A DNA stretch of 63,991 nt, filler included, from an uncultured bacterium (GCA_964372275.1; 3 parts of 3 records of this genome joined end to end with filler, not necessarily neighbours in it), one strand, 5' to 3'. Positions 30,822 through 46,184 are shown, numbered from the whole stretch's first letter. Translations and numbers: made by a program. Notes: generated by a model not told the origin, from the letters alone.

Positions 30822-32093
30822 CTAGGTGCCCGAGGGTCGGACCGACGGCGGGAGGACCTCGTCGCGCGTGACCGTTTCGCCGTGCGCCGTCGTCTTGCAC
30901 TGCTCGATCAGCGACTTCATTCGCAGGAGGTCCTCGTCGAGCTCGTGTTTGGGATCCCGGCGAAACAGGCTCGCGACGGCGTGTCCGATCGCGCCGAACG
31001 GCGGGTTGTAGGAGAGCTTCACGTCGAGGTAGGTGCCGCCGTCGGAGGCGGGTTCGAACCGGACGATTCCGGCGTGGCGGATGGCCGATCCCTGCGCGCT
31101 CTTCCAGGCCAGCAGTCGATTCGGTTCGCGCCGCGTGATCAAGGCGTCCCAGGAGAGGGGAACTCCGGCCGGTCCCCGCACCGTCCAGCGCGAGCGGAGT
31201 CCCCCGAGGTCTTCGACCTTCGACACGTGTTCCATGAAGCCCGGGAAGTTCTCGAATCGGTCCCAGAAGTCGAACACCACCTCGGGGCGGGCGGCGATGT
31301 GCATCGTCTTCTGGATCCGGATCCCGCGACGGCCGCCCCCGATCCCGAGCAGGCGCCTCAGATCGAGATTGGTCGCTCCGCGTCCGAACAGGAGAAGGCC
31401 GGCGGTCGCGCCCGCCTTCGCTCCCGCGCCCGGACGCCGCAAGCCCCAGAGAGCGATGGCGCCGCCCGTAGCGATCCCCGCCAGGCGCTGGGCGGGGGTC
31501 CAGAACTCGCGGGTGAGGCGGCGCGTTCGCCGCAGCCGGGGGACGGTCCCACCTTCCTGCAGCGCGGGGACCGTGCCCGGGCGATCGTGGGAGCGAAGGC
31601 GGTCCTCGACGGAGCGAACGCCGGGAACGCGCCGGACCGCCGCCAGCAGTCGTTTCTTCTCCGCGGTGAGGATCTCGCCCGACATCACGACCGTTCCGTG
31701 TCGCGCCTCGACGTCGATCGCCGCCGGGTGCGTCACCGCGCGACCGGTCACCTGGGAACGGACGCGCGCGACCAATACGTCGTCGGCGACCGGTTCGGCG
31801 GAAAATCGCCGCGCGATCCACAACCGTGCCGCGGTGGCCTTGCCGGAGATCCGTTGCCGCGCGTCGCGCGCCGTCACCCGTGCCGCGAACGCCGTTTCGT
31901 GCGCCAGATGATTCGCCTTGTCGCGCGCCAGGGCCCGACGCCGCCGGCCGCGATCCGGATCGGCGAAGAACGTCGCCAGCGCCCCCGTGGCGGCTCCACC
32001 GGCGAACGAGAGCCCGAGCCGCGACGCCAGACCGGCGCCGCGCGGCGAAGCGGCGCGCCACCGCGCGAGGTACCTCCACATTGCTCGATTCAT
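30822..32093 (-). CDS. BON domain + SRPBCC (polyketide cyclase-like) protein
   Basis: FFADPDRGRRRRA, DDVLVARVRS...VPGVRSVEDRL (BON), FENFPGFMEHV...SRWTV-GPAG (SRPBCC). Confidence 0.85.
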   Translation of the reverse strand: MNRAMWRYLARWRAASPRGAGLASRLGLSFAGGAATGALATFFADPDRGRRRRALARDKANHLAHETAFAARVTARDARQRISGKATAARLWIARRFSAEPVADDVLVARVRSQVTGRAVTHPAAIDVEARHGTVVMSGEILTAEKKRLLAAVRRVPGVRSVEDRLRSHDRPGTVPALQEGGTVPRLRRTRRLTREFWTPAQRLAGIATGGAIALWGLRRPGAGAKAGATAGLLLFGRGATNLDLRRLLGIGGGRRGIRIQKTMHIAARPEVVFDFWDRFENFPGFMEHVSKVEDLGGLRSRWTVRGPAGVPLSWDALITRREPNRLLAWKSAQGSAIRHAGIVRFEPASDGGTYLDVKLSYNPPFGAIGHAVASLFRRDPKHELDEDLLRMKSLIEQCKTTAHGETVTRDEVLPPSVRPSGT

Positions 32094-32102
32094 GGGCTTT
32101 CG

Positions 32103-32432
32103 TTAGGGAGTCGCGCCGGGTCGCGCAAAGTTCTCGAGCGGGCGCCCCACCCGCGATTCGACCGAGCGGACGTTCCGGCGCAACATGTCGACGGCCCCTT
32201 CGTGGTCCTCGATGCGGAGCGTCGTGAAGACGTGGCGGCTGCGACGCCGCATCGCCTCGTGGCATCGCTTCGCGACCGCCACGATGTCGTCCCAGTCCCC
32301 TTCGAGGCACGTGCCAGACGGGGTGAGCGCGTAGCGGATACCGGATCCGTCGATGATCCGGAGCGCCACGGCGAGAGGCTCGGAGAGATGGTCCCCCGCT
32401 CCGAGCGGTACGATCGAAAGCTCTGCCAACAT
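32103..32432 (-). CDS. MTH1187-family thiamine-binding protein
   Basis: MLAELSIVPLG...SGIRYALTPSGTCLEGDWD...CHE...VFTTLRIE. Confidence 0.85.
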   Translation of the reverse strand: MLAELSIVPLGAGDHLSEPLAVALRIIDGSGIRYALTPSGTCLEGDWDDIVAVAKRCHEAMRRRSRHVFTTLRIEDHEGAVDMLRRNVRSVESRVGRPLENFARPGATP

Positions 32433-32485
32433 GCCCATCGCTTGCGGAGCCCGACGCCGCTCCGCAAGCGGACCCGAACCGACAC

Positions 32486-33982
32486 CTAGAGCATCGAGCA
32501 CGTTCCGGGCGCGTTGAGGATGCCGCTGAAGATGCGCATCCCGAGCTTGTCGTCGTAGCTCAATCCCAGGTGGCAGATCTCCTCGGTGGTAAGCGCGTCG
32601 ACCTCGGAATCCGACAGCGTCGTGTGGTACGGGTCGGACCATTCCAACGTTCCGGAGACGGCGTCGATCGGCACGACGTAGCTGACGTTGTCCGGTCCGT
32701 TGTCGTTGGTCGGCACGATGCTGATGAACCCTCCCTGGTCCCCGACGATGATCGTGACCTCCTCGAGCGTGGCATCGACCCAGCCGCTGTCGGACTTCTT
32801 CATCCACTTGTAATCGATCGACGCCAGGGTGCAGTCGGACGTGCAGCCGGGCTCGTCCTTGTTGAACTTGATGAACGGCATCAGGAAATTGGCCGCGGAC
32901 TGCAGGTCGGCGTCGGTGCGGGTGGCGACCTGCGTGAAGGTCAGGTCTCCCTGGTCGCCGAGGCCGAAGACGTACTCCCCCTGAGGCATGTCGAATCCGA
33001 CCACCGCGAGGATGCCGAAGCTCCAGAAGTTGCCAAAGTTGTTGAAGATGAGGCCGGTGCCGACGACGGCGGTCCCGGCCGGAGCGGTGACGACGCCGGA
33101 CGGCCCGGACTGCGTCTGGTAGCTGTAGTGCGCTTCCTCGGACATCGTCAGGGACCCATCGGCCTCGAGGTCGTCGATCGTGCCGGCGTAGAACGACTGC
33201 GGGAACGCCACGTAGATCCCGGTGCCGCCATAGGTCATCCCGGTGGTGGAGACGTCGAGGAAGTTCCCGACGATATCGCTCACGTCGACCGGATTGCCGT
33301 TGCTCGACATCGAGTACTGGACGTGGAAATCCATCATGAAGTGATGGTCCTCCTCGTCGACGTCGAGCTCCCCGTCGCCGTCGATGTCGGGATTGATGTA
33401 GCGGAGGCAGAGGTCGTCGATCTCGCCCAGCAGGCTGGCCGTCGCCTCGTCGATCCCCAATTGCTCCAACAGATCGTCGTAGGAGATCCCCATCGTGGCC
33501 TCGCCGCCGGCGACGTCCATCTCGCCCAGATCGGCCTCGCCGACAACCTCTTCCTCCTCGGCGTCCCCTTCCGTGACGGGGGCGAGGCTGTCGAGCGTTT
33601 CGGCCCTGAAGACGCCGGCGATCATGTCGGCGCCCACGAGCGTCTCGTCGAGGAAGACCAGCACCCACGGCCGGCCGGGATCGACGTAGAGTTCGAAACT
33701 GCCGTCGCTGGCGACCTCCGCCAGAACGCGGCGGGCGTTGGCGCTCGACGGGTTCACCGCCATGACGTGCGTGACGAGCTTGTCGGCGGCGAAGCCCGGG
33801 ACCGTGTTGCTGGAGAGATCCCCGGAGATGCGAAAGCCGACGACCGGGTCGGCGTTCCCGCCGCCTTTTCCGTCGCACGCCGACAGTGCCAGCGCCGCGG
33901 CCCCGACGGCGAGCGCCCTCGCCGCCGAACGACCGCTCCAAATCGATCCGCTCGCCCGAAGCGCCAGCCGTCGTCCCGTCAT
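32486..33982 (-). CDS. Large acidic hypothetical lipoprotein
   Basis: Lipobox LALSAC; strong GC3 bias; EF-hand-like DIDGDGELD. Confidence 0.8.
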   Translation of the reverse strand: MTGRRLALRASGSIWSGRSAARALAVGAAALALSACDGKGGGNADPVVGFRISGDLSSNTVPGFAADKLVTHVMAVNPSSANARRVLAEVASDGSFELYVDPGRPWVLVFLDETLVGADMIAGVFRAETLDSLAPVTEGDAEEEEVVGEADLGEMDVAGGEATMGISYDDLLEQLGIDEATASLLGEIDDLCLRYINPDIDGDGELDVDEEDHHFMMDFHVQYSMSSNGNPVDVSDIVGNFLDVSTTGMTYGGTGIYVAFPQSFYAGTIDDLEADGSLTMSEEAHYSYQTQSGPSGVVTAPAGTAVVGTGLIFNNFGNFWSFGILAVVGFDMPQGEYVFGLGDQGDLTFTQVATRTDADLQSAANFLMPFIKFNKDEPGCTSDCTLASIDYKWMKKSDSGWVDATLEEVTIIVGDQGGFISIVPTNDNGPDNVSYVVPIDAVSGTLEWSDPYHTTLSDSEVDALTTEEICHLGLSYDDKLGMRIFSGILNAPGTCSML

Positions 33983-34007
33983 GATCCCCCCCGATCCGAC
34001 GAGAATA

Positions 34008-34546
34008 CACCCGTTCCACGAACTCCCGAAGCCGCTCGAACCAGACCCGCTTTTCGGCGAATCCCGGAAACGCCGCGTTCAAGCCGCTAGGGTGGGGGAG
34101 GACGAAGACGGGACGGCCTTCGAGCCGTTCCGGGCTGGCGCCGGGACCGCAAAACGGTGAGGACGGGAAGAGACGGCGGTGGAGGGAGATTCCGACCAGC
34201 GCCACGACGAGCGGCTCGCTCGACCGAACCTTCTCGGCGAGCGCCTGCCGTCCGGCATCGAGCTCGTGGCTGCGGAGCGCCGCGGCGATCCGCGTGGCGC
34301 GGGGGCAGAGGTTCGTGATCCCGCACCCGAACTCCGCAAGACGGGCGTCGTCGGCCGCCGCCAGCGGCGCCGGAACAAGGCCGGCGGCGTGGAGGAGCCG
34401 CCAGAACGGGTTCGACGTGCCGGCGAAGTGATGGCCCGCCGCCGCGGACGCCACGCTCGGATTGATCCCCACGAACAGGATCCGCGGCCGACACGGGAGG
34501 ACGTCGCGGAGCGGCCGGCGCCTTCCGCCCGGCGGCGCTGCGTCAT
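34008..34546 (-). pseudogene. mug: Mismatch-specific uracil/G:U DNA glycosylase (UDG family 2) with anomalous start and no nearby stop
   Basis: LRDVL...ILFVGINP...GHHFAG-SNPFW, GITNLCPRAT, VFVLPHPSGLNA. The coupled ATG at 34546 is out of frame and the frame stays open to 32103. Confidence 0.7.
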
Positions 34547-35106
34547 GGCGCTTCGCCGAGGGGTTGCTCGGCGTGCGCTTCGGCGCGCTCGCGGAGGCTC
34601 TGGTCGATCCGTTCGAGGAGCGCATGGCAGAAGGCCGGAAGGTCGTCCGGCTTGCGGGACGTGATCAGGTTTCCGTCCACCACCACCTCCCGATCGATCC
34701 ACTTCGCGCCGGCGTTCAGGAGGTCGGTCTTGATCGAGGGCCAGGAGGTCACCGTCCTCCCGTCGGCAATGTCGGCCTCCACCAACATCGAGCCGGCGTG
34801 GCAGACGGCGGCGACCGGCTTCCCTTCGAGGAACATCTCCCGCGTGAAACGCACCGCGCCGATGTCGGTCCGGAGCCGGTCCGGCGAGTAGCCGCCCGGG
34901 ATCACCAGCGCGTCGAAGAGCTCCGGCGACGCGTCCCGCGCCGACAGCTCGGCGAGGACGGTGGTGCCGCGCTTGCCGGTGAGCCGCTGGCCACCGCGGA
35001 TGCCGACGATCGTCGGTCGATGCCCGGCCTGGCTCACGCGGTCGTAGGGGATCCGGAACTCGTCGTCCTCGAACATCTGGTCGAGGAGAAGGGCTACCCG
35101 CGCCAT
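34543..35106 (-). CDS. PfpI/DJ-1 family protein (type 1 glutamine amidotransferase-like)
   Basis: FEDDEF, DALVIPGGYSPDRLR, AAVCHA, WIDREVVVDGNLITSRKPDDLPAF. Confidence 0.93.
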   Translation of the reverse strand: MARVALLLDQMFEDDEFRIPYDRVSQAGHRPTIVGIRGGQRLTGKRGTTVLAELSARDASPELFDALVIPGGYSPDRLRTDIGAVRFTREMFLEGKPVAAVCHAGSMLVEADIADGRTVTSWPSIKTDLLNAGAKWIDREVVVDGNLITSRKPDDLPAFCHALLERIDQSLRERAEAHAEQPLGEAP

Positions 35107-35154
35107 CGTCGCCTCCGCTGTTCCGGTAACTACGTTTCGACCGGAGGCTCGCGC

Positions 35155-35583
35155 ATGGATGGCACGGTGACCACGATCGACGTCGGCGGGTACGATCGCG
35201 TGCGGGCCCACACGGCCCCTTACGTCAACGAACGGATCGACCGGCAGATCGAAGGCTCGATCCAGCGCCTCGCGCGGTCCGAGCGGGAGCAGGTCCGGGA
35301 ACGGCTGGCCGAGCTCGACCGGGAGTGGGACGTCGACCGCGCGGTGATGGCGGTGATGGCGGTCGCGGGATCGGTTTCGCTCCAGCTCGGCCTGACGCGC
35401 AGGCGGTTCTTCTTCTTTCCCCTTCGCGCGCAGCTCGCCTTCCTGTTCCTCCACGCCGTCGTCGGCTGGTGTCCGCCGATCGCGCTTCTGCGTCGGCTCG
35501 GATTCCGCACGCACCGCGAGATCGAGGCGGAGAAGACGGCGCTCCGCCGGCTCGTCGAAGCGAGACCGATGGCGACCGCATGA
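35155..35583 (+). CDS. YgaP/DUF2892-like membrane protein
   Basis: ELDREWDVDR, FLHAVVGWCPP...RRLGFRT.EIEAEK. Confidence 0.75.
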   Translation: MDGTVTTIDVGGYDRVRAHTAPYVNERIDRQIEGSIQRLARSEREQVRERLAELDREWDVDRAVMAVMAVAGSVSLQLGLTRRRFFFFPLRAQLAFLFLHAVVGWCPPIALLRRLGFRTHREIEAEKTALRRLVEARPMATA

Positions 35584-36467
35584 ACCCGATCGTCGATCCC
35601 GATCCGAACGCCGAATCTCTTCTTCGCGGCGGCGCCGAGGGGCAGGTGCAGCCCTGGCCGGGGCTGGAGCGGCGGATGCGGCCCCTGGCCGACCACGGCG
35701 AGCAGACCTACCGGGGCAGCGGCAAGCTCTCCGGCCGGCGGTCGCTGGTCACGGGCGGCGACAGCGGGATCGGTCGTGCCGTGTCGATCGCGTTCGCCCG
35801 TGAAGGGGCGGACGTGGCGATCGCCTACTACGACGAGCACGAGGACGCGGCCGAGACGGTCCGCTGGATCGACGACGCGGGACGGCGCGCGGCGGCGTTC
35901 GACGGCGACCTCGGCGATCCGGCTCATTGCCGCGACGTGGTGGCGAAGACGGTCGGGGCGTTGGGCGGTCTCGACCTGCTGGTGAACAACGCCGGCCTCC
36001 ACGTGGAGGGGAGATTCGACGAGATCTCGCCGGACCAGCTCGAGCGGACCTTCCGGGCGAACTTCTTCTCGATCGTTTGGCTGACGCAGGCGGCGCTCGG
36101 CCACATGGGGCCCGGTTCGGCGATCGTCAACACCGGCTCGGTCACCGGACTGGCGGGGCATCCGTCGTTGATCGACTACGCCGCCACCAAGGCGGCGATC
36201 CACAATCTGACCAAGTCGCTGGCGTCGGTCCTGGCGCCGCGCGGGATCCGGGTGAACTGCGTCTCGCCGGGACCGGTCTGGACGCCGCTGATCACCGCCG
36301 CGCGACGGAAGGAGTCGGTGGAGGGGTTCGGCGGAGACACCTACTGGAAGCGCCCGGCGCAGCCGGCGGAGATCGCGCCGTCGTTCGTCTTCCTCGCGTC
36401 GGCGGACAGCCGCTACTTCACCGGCGAGATCCTGGCGCCCACCGGCACGGCCGCCACCACGCGCTAG
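35580..36467 (+). CDS. SDR oxidoreductase (YghA/YdaD general-stress type)
   Basis: YRGSGKL, TGGDSGIGRAV, DYAATK, GIRVNCVSPGPVWTPLI, RPAQPAEIAP. Confidence 0.93.
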   Translation: MNPIVDPDPNAESLLRGGAEGQVQPWPGLERRMRPLADHGEQTYRGSGKLSGRRSLVTGGDSGIGRAVSIAFAREGADVAIAYYDEHEDAAETVRWIDDAGRRAAAFDGDLGDPAHCRDVVAKTVGALGGLDLLVNNAGLHVEGRFDEISPDQLERTFRANFFSIVWLTQAALGHMGPGSAIVNTGSVTGLAGHPSLIDYAATKAAIHNLTKSLASVLAPRGIRVNCVSPGPVWTPLITAARRKESVEGFGGDTYWKRPAQPAEIAPSFVFLASADSRYFTGEILAPTGTAATTR

Positions 36468-38521
36468 CACACGGTCGCGTGCCGCGCCCTGGCGGCCGGG
36501 AGGCAGACGCGCTCGACCAGGGCGAGCAGCTCCGTGGCGTCGAACGGCTTCTTCAGGTATCCGTCCGCGTCGAGCGCCCGAGCCTTTTCCGGGACGTTGG
36601 CGTCCCCGGACATCACGACCATCGGAATCCGGTCGAGACCGGGCGACGATTGCAGCTTGGCGCGGAACTCCCAGCCGTTCATCACCGGCATGCGAAGGTC
36701 GAGCAGGATCGCGGCCGGCGGATTCGGATCCTCCAGGCGGGCGAGCGCCTCGCGTCCGTTGGTCGCGACCTGCACGCGGTATCCGTGCTGGGAGAGAAGC
36801 TCGGAGACGCAATCGAGGATGTCGCGATCGTCCTCGACGACCAGGACCGTCTGGGTGGTGGCCGGCGCGGGCACGCAGTCCGGTGGCGGCGCGGAAGCCC
36901 CCTCCTCTCGGTCGCGGAGGACCGGACGGTCGACCGAACGCTCGGCGGATTGCCGGCGGGGCAGCCGCACCGTGAAGGTCGACCCTCGCTCCGGCTCGCT
37001 GTCGACGGCGATCGTGCCGCCGTGCGCCTCCACGATCTGGCGGACGATGAAAAGTCCGAGCCCGAGCCCGCCGTAGGCGCGTGAGGTCACGGCCCGTTCG
37101 AACCGGTCGAAGATCCGTGGAAGCCGGTCGGCGGGGATCCCGATTCCGTGGTCACGCACGCTCACCGCGACCGACTCGTCATCCGGTTCGACGACGACCT
37201 CGATCGGCTCGCCGGCGCCGTACTTCACCGCGTTGGCGATCAGGTTGCTCAAGACCTGTTCGAAGCGGAGCCGGTCGCACCAGATCACCGCCTCGCCGGC
37301 GGCCCGGACCTCGATCGCCGGTCCGCCGGAGACGGTGTCGTCGGCGAAACGCACCGCGATCTCGCGCGCCGCCTCCGCCAGGTCGACCTGTTCGACCTCC
37401 AGCGTTAGGCGGCCGGCCGTGATCCGGGAGACGTCGAGCAGACTGTCGATCAGCGACGAGATGCGCATCACCTGGCGGGACGATCCCTCGACGACGGTAC
37501 GAATCTCCGCCGGGGTCATCCGCTCAAGGCCCCCTCGACCGCGCACGCCCAGCAAGCGCTTCATCTGGATCAGGAGGGGGGTCAGCGGCGTGCGTAGCTC
37601 GTGCGAGGCGATCGAGAGGAATTCGTCGCGTGCGGCGATCGCCTCCTGCGCCTGGCGGTAGAGACGCGCGTTCTCCTCGAGCAGCGAGCGCTGGCGCTCT
37701 TCGACCACCTTCCGGTCGGTCACGTCCTCGATCACGGCGACGAAGTTCTGGGGCGTCCCCGCCGTTCGCTGGAGCGATACCGTCGCCCGGATCCAGAGAC
37801 GCCGGCCGTCCGCGGACGTTCCGCGCACCTCCCCCGTGACGCTCTTCCGTCGCCCGCCGAGGAGCTGCTGCAACGCCACGCGATGGCGCTGCAGCTCGTC
37901 GGGATCGAGGAGCTGCTGGAAGGTGGTTCCGAGCACCCGCTCGCGGCTGTCGCCGAGAATCTCGCACAACTTCTGATTGACCCGCAGCCAGCGGCCGTCG
38001 AACCCGACCTGCGCCATCCCGATCGCCGCATTCTCGAAGACCGCCTCGAATTCGGCTTCGCGCTGGCGCAAGATCCCGTCGGCGCGGGTCCGCTCGGCTT
38101 CGCGCAGCGCCTCTTCGCGGCGGAGAAGCCGGCGGCTCCGGCGATGGAGGTCGACGAAGATGCCGACCTTCGCCCGCACGATCTCCGGCTCGATCGGCTT
38201 GATCAGGTAGTCGACCGCGCCCGACGCATAGCCGCGGTGGACCGAGGCGACGTCGGTCCCGGCCGCGGTCAAGAACAGGATCGGGATGTTCCGCGACGCA
38301 TCGCGATCGGCGATCAGGCGCGCCGTCTCGAATCCGTCCATCGCCGGCATCCGCACGTCGAGCAGGATCACGGCGAAGTCGTGCTTCAGGACCTTCCGCA
38401 GCACCTCGGCGCCGGTGGTGGCGGTGACGACGTTGTGGTCCGGATGCGACAACACCGCTTCGAGCGCCAGGAGGTTCTCCGGGCGATCGTCGGCGATCAG
38501 AATGTCGACCTTCTCCGACAT
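36464..38521 (-). CDS. Hybrid histidine kinase (REC-PAS-HisKA-HATPase-REC)
   Basis: ILIADDRPENLLALE, ENAAIGMA PAS, SHELRTPL, NLIANAVKYG, GGLGLGL, C-terminal REC. Confidence 0.95.
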   Translation of the reverse strand: MSEKVDILIADDRPENLLALEAVLSHPDHNVVTATTGAEVLRKVLKHDFAVILLDVRMPAMDGFETARLIADRDASRNIPILFLTAAGTDVASVHRGYASGAVDYLIKPIEPEIVRAKVGIFVDLHRRSRRLLRREEALREAERTRADGILRQREAEFEAVFENAAIGMAQVGFDGRWLRVNQKLCEILGDSRERVLGTTFQQLLDPDELQRHRVALQQLLGGRRKSVTGEVRGTSADGRRLWIRATVSLQRTAGTPQNFVAVIEDVTDRKVVEERQRSLLEENARLYRQAQEAIAARDEFLSIASHELRTPLTPLLIQMKRLLGVRGRGGLERMTPAEIRTVVEGSSRQVMRISSLIDSLLDVSRITAGRLTLEVEQVDLAEAAREIAVRFADDTVSGGPAIEVRAAGEAVIWCDRLRFEQVLSNLIANAVKYGAGEPIEVVVEPDDESVAVSVRDHGIGIPADRLPRIFDRFERAVTSRAYGGLGLGLFIVRQIVEAHGGTIAVDSEPERGSTFTVRLPRRQSAERSVDRPVLRDREEGASAPPPDCVPAPATTQTVLVVEDDRDILDCVSELLSQHGYRVQVATNGREALARLEDPNPPAAILLDLRMPVMNGWEFRAKLQSSPGLDRIPMVVMSGDANVPEKARALDADGYLKKPFDATELLALVERVCLPAARARHATVC

Positions 38522-38536
38522 GTGGCCGCCTTCCCG

Positions 38537-43792
<5,256 letters not shown>

Positions 43793-43942
43793 CTGCGCTA
43801 CCTCCCGAAGCGGCGCATCTTAGGGACGCAGGGAACGCTGTCCAGGCGTTCGCCGATGAAAAATGCGTGCGACGGGTCGTCGCGCGAATTCCGCGCGCAC
43901 CGGCTGCGCGCCGGGCGCGCGGATTGTGGATTGCAGCCGCGG

Positions 43943-44320
43943 TCAGGAGCCGGTGGTGACGGTCAGAGTCCCGGTTCCGGAGACGCCGTCGTGTTCGGCG
44001 GTGATCGTCGCGCTTCCGGTGGTGTTGGCCGTCGCGAGGCCGGCGGCGTCGACCGACGCGACGCCGGCGGAGGACGAGGACCAGGTCGACTCGTCGGTGA
44101 GGTCCTCGAGATGCCCGTCCGCGAAGCGACCGACGGCCGCGAGCCGGTAGGTCGTGCCGACGACCAGCGTCAGGTTCGACGGGAGGACCGCGACCGACTC
44201 CGGCGCCTCGTGCGGATTGCCGTAGTCGTCGCCCCCGTCGCGGCAGCCGGCGGTGATCGCCGCCGCGGCGAGGATCGACGCCGCCCCAAGCCCACACCGC
44301 CAGACCGCCGCACGCCTCAT
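43943..44320 (-). CDS. Small lipoprotein with bacterial Ig-like (Big_2) domain
   Basis: Lipobox ITAGC; DLTDESTWSSSSAGVASVDAAGLATA...GSATITA. Confidence 0.8.
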   Translation of the reverse strand: MRRAAVWRCGLGAASILAAAAITAGCRDGGDDYGNPHEAPESVAVLPSNLTLVVGTTYRLAAVGRFADGHLEDLTDESTWSSSSAGVASVDAAGLATANTTGSATITAEHDGVSGTGTLTVTTGS

Positions 44321-44401
44321 CGCCGGTTCCCGCCTTCGCTCCGATCGGAACCGATTTCGCTGGTGCCGTCAACGGCGGGTCCTCACACTCGGGGAGCGCG
44401 C

Positions 44402-45415
44402 ATGACGAAGGGACGGACGCGGCCGGTGGCGGTGGTGGCGGGGGCGACGCGCGGGGCAGGGCGCGGAATCGCCACCGCGCTCGGGGAGGCGGGCTGGACC
44501 GTCTACTGCACTGGCCGCAGCTCGCGACGAGGCCGCGCCGGCGGCGGGCGTCGACGGGGCGCGCCGGCGCGGAGCCCGTTCGATCTCGACGCGAGGCCGG
44601 AGACGATCGAGGAGACGGCGGCGATCGTGTCGGCGCGGGGCGGGGACGGCATCGCCGTTCGCGTCGACCACACCGACGAGACCCAGGTGCGCCGACTCTT
44701 CGTCCGCGTGCGACGCGAGCGCGGGCGCGTCGACCTCCTGGTCAACGACGTCTGGGGAGGCGACGCGCTGGTGGAGGCCGCCTGTCCGTTCGGTCGTCCG
44801 TTCTGGGAGATGGACGCCGCGGCGGCCCTGCCGCTTCTGAAGCGGTGCGTCCATTCCCACCTGCTGACCGCGCGTCACGCGGTGCCGCTGATGGTCGAAC
44901 GGCGCCGCGGGCTGGTGGTGGAGGTGACCGACGGGGAGCTCCTCCACTATCGCGGAAGCCTCCTCTACGACCTGGTGAAGGTGGCGGTGATCCGGCTGGC
45001 GTTCGCCATGGCCGAGGAACTGCGCGAACGGGGCGTCGCCTCGGTCGCCGTGACCCCGGGGTTCCTCCGCTCCGAGGCGATGCTCGAGCACTTCGGCGTG
45101 ACGGAGGCGTATTGGCGCGAGGGGGCGCGCAAGGATCCGCACTTCCTCTTTTCCGAGACGCCGCTCTACGTCGGGCGCGGCATCGCCGCGCTGGCGGGCG
45201 ACGCGCGTGTCATGAAGAAGACGGGCCGGGTCTTCTCGAGCTGGCGGCTGGCGCGGGAGTACGGCTTCACCGATGCCGACGGGCGCCGGCCGGACTGGGG
45301 GCGGCACACCACCGACCGGTCGCTCGACCGCGAGTCGTGGAGGGTCTTTCGCGAACAGCTCGCCTCGCACGACCGCTTCGTGCACGCCTTCGCCTCCGCG
45401 CGCCGCAGGCCCTGA
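44402..45415 (+). CDS. SDR-family oxidoreductase
   Basis: VAGATRGAGRGIA, RPETIEETA, LVNDVWGG, YDLVK, TPGFLRSE, SETPLYVGR. Confidence 0.9.
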   Translation: MTKGRTRPVAVVAGATRGAGRGIATALGEAGWTVYCTGRSSRRGRAGGGRRRGAPARSPFDLDARPETIEETAAIVSARGGDGIAVRVDHTDETQVRRLFVRVRRERGRVDLLVNDVWGGDALVEAACPFGRPFWEMDAAAALPLLKRCVHSHLLTARHAVPLMVERRRGLVVEVTDGELLHYRGSLLYDLVKVAVIRLAFAMAEELRERGVASVAVTPGFLRSEAMLEHFGVTEAYWREGARKDPHFLFSETPLYVGRGIAALAGDARVMKKTGRVFSSWRLAREYGFTDADGRRPDWGRHTTDRSLDRESWRVFREQLASHDRFVHAFASARRRP

Positions 45416-45463
45416 GGGGACCTCCTTCCGGTCCGGCGATGTCGGGGCCGCGGCGGCGCGGAG

Positions 45464-46075
45464 CTAGTCGGTCCGTCTCTCGTACTTCCAGTTGCGGGAT
45501 CTCCCCTGGGTGAGCCATTCGAGCGTGGTCGCGATGCGGCGCGCGCGCGTCTCCTCCCGCTTCGCTTCCACGATCCACTCCACGTATTCGCGCTGGTGGC
45601 TGGGGGAGAAGGCCTCGTAGACGGTGCGGGCCCTCGCGTTCTTCCGGAGCGCGGCGGCGAGATCGGGCGGGACCTTCGGCGCCGCTTTGGGGCGGGCCGC
45701 CTTCTTGCGTGGGCGGGGTGCGTCGTTGAGAGCCGCCGCGCGGCGGACGTAGTCGGCGAGGACCTCCAGCGCCGGAATCTGCGACACGTCGGTCAGGCGT
45801 TCCGCCATGAAGGAGGCGGTTCCGCTCCGCCGCAGGATGCCATGCGGGTCGTCGAGCTCCTTTCCACGCCAGAAGCCGAAGCTCGCGTGCCGTTTGAACG
45901 CCGCCATGCCGCCGACGATCCCGTTCTTCACGAAGGCCGGGGCGCCCCATTTGATCCGTTCCTCGATCCCGGGACATCCGGCGTGAAAGGCGCGGCGGAT
46001 CTTCTCCAGGATCGGCCGCGCGAACGGGGCAGCGGCGGTGATGTAGGCGTCGACCTTCTTGGCGTCGTCGGGCAC
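45464..46075 (-). CDS. YdeI/OmpD-associated family protein (DUF1801 + OmdA)
   Basis: VDAYI-AAAPFARPIL, IKWGAP, FSPSHQREYVEWIVEAKREETRARRI; GAGGAGG SD. Confidence 0.88.
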   Translation of the reverse strand: MPDDAKKVDAYITAAAPFARPILEKIRRAFHAGCPGIEERIKWGAPAFVKNGIVGGMAAFKRHASFGFWRGKELDDPHGILRRSGTASFMAERLTDVSQIPALEVLADYVRRAAALNDAPRPRKKAARPKAAPKVPPDLAAALRKNARARTVYEAFSPSHQREYVEWIVEAKREETRARRIATTLEWLTQGRSRNWKYERRTD

Positions 46076-46184
46076 GGCGAGTTCCTCCTCTAGGGCCGGG
46101 TATCTTAACCGTACGCGACGAACTCGCGCGAAAGCCTGCAGAGGGCGGCTTGCCTCCGGAGGGCGGGCGCCCAATCTGAAGGCC

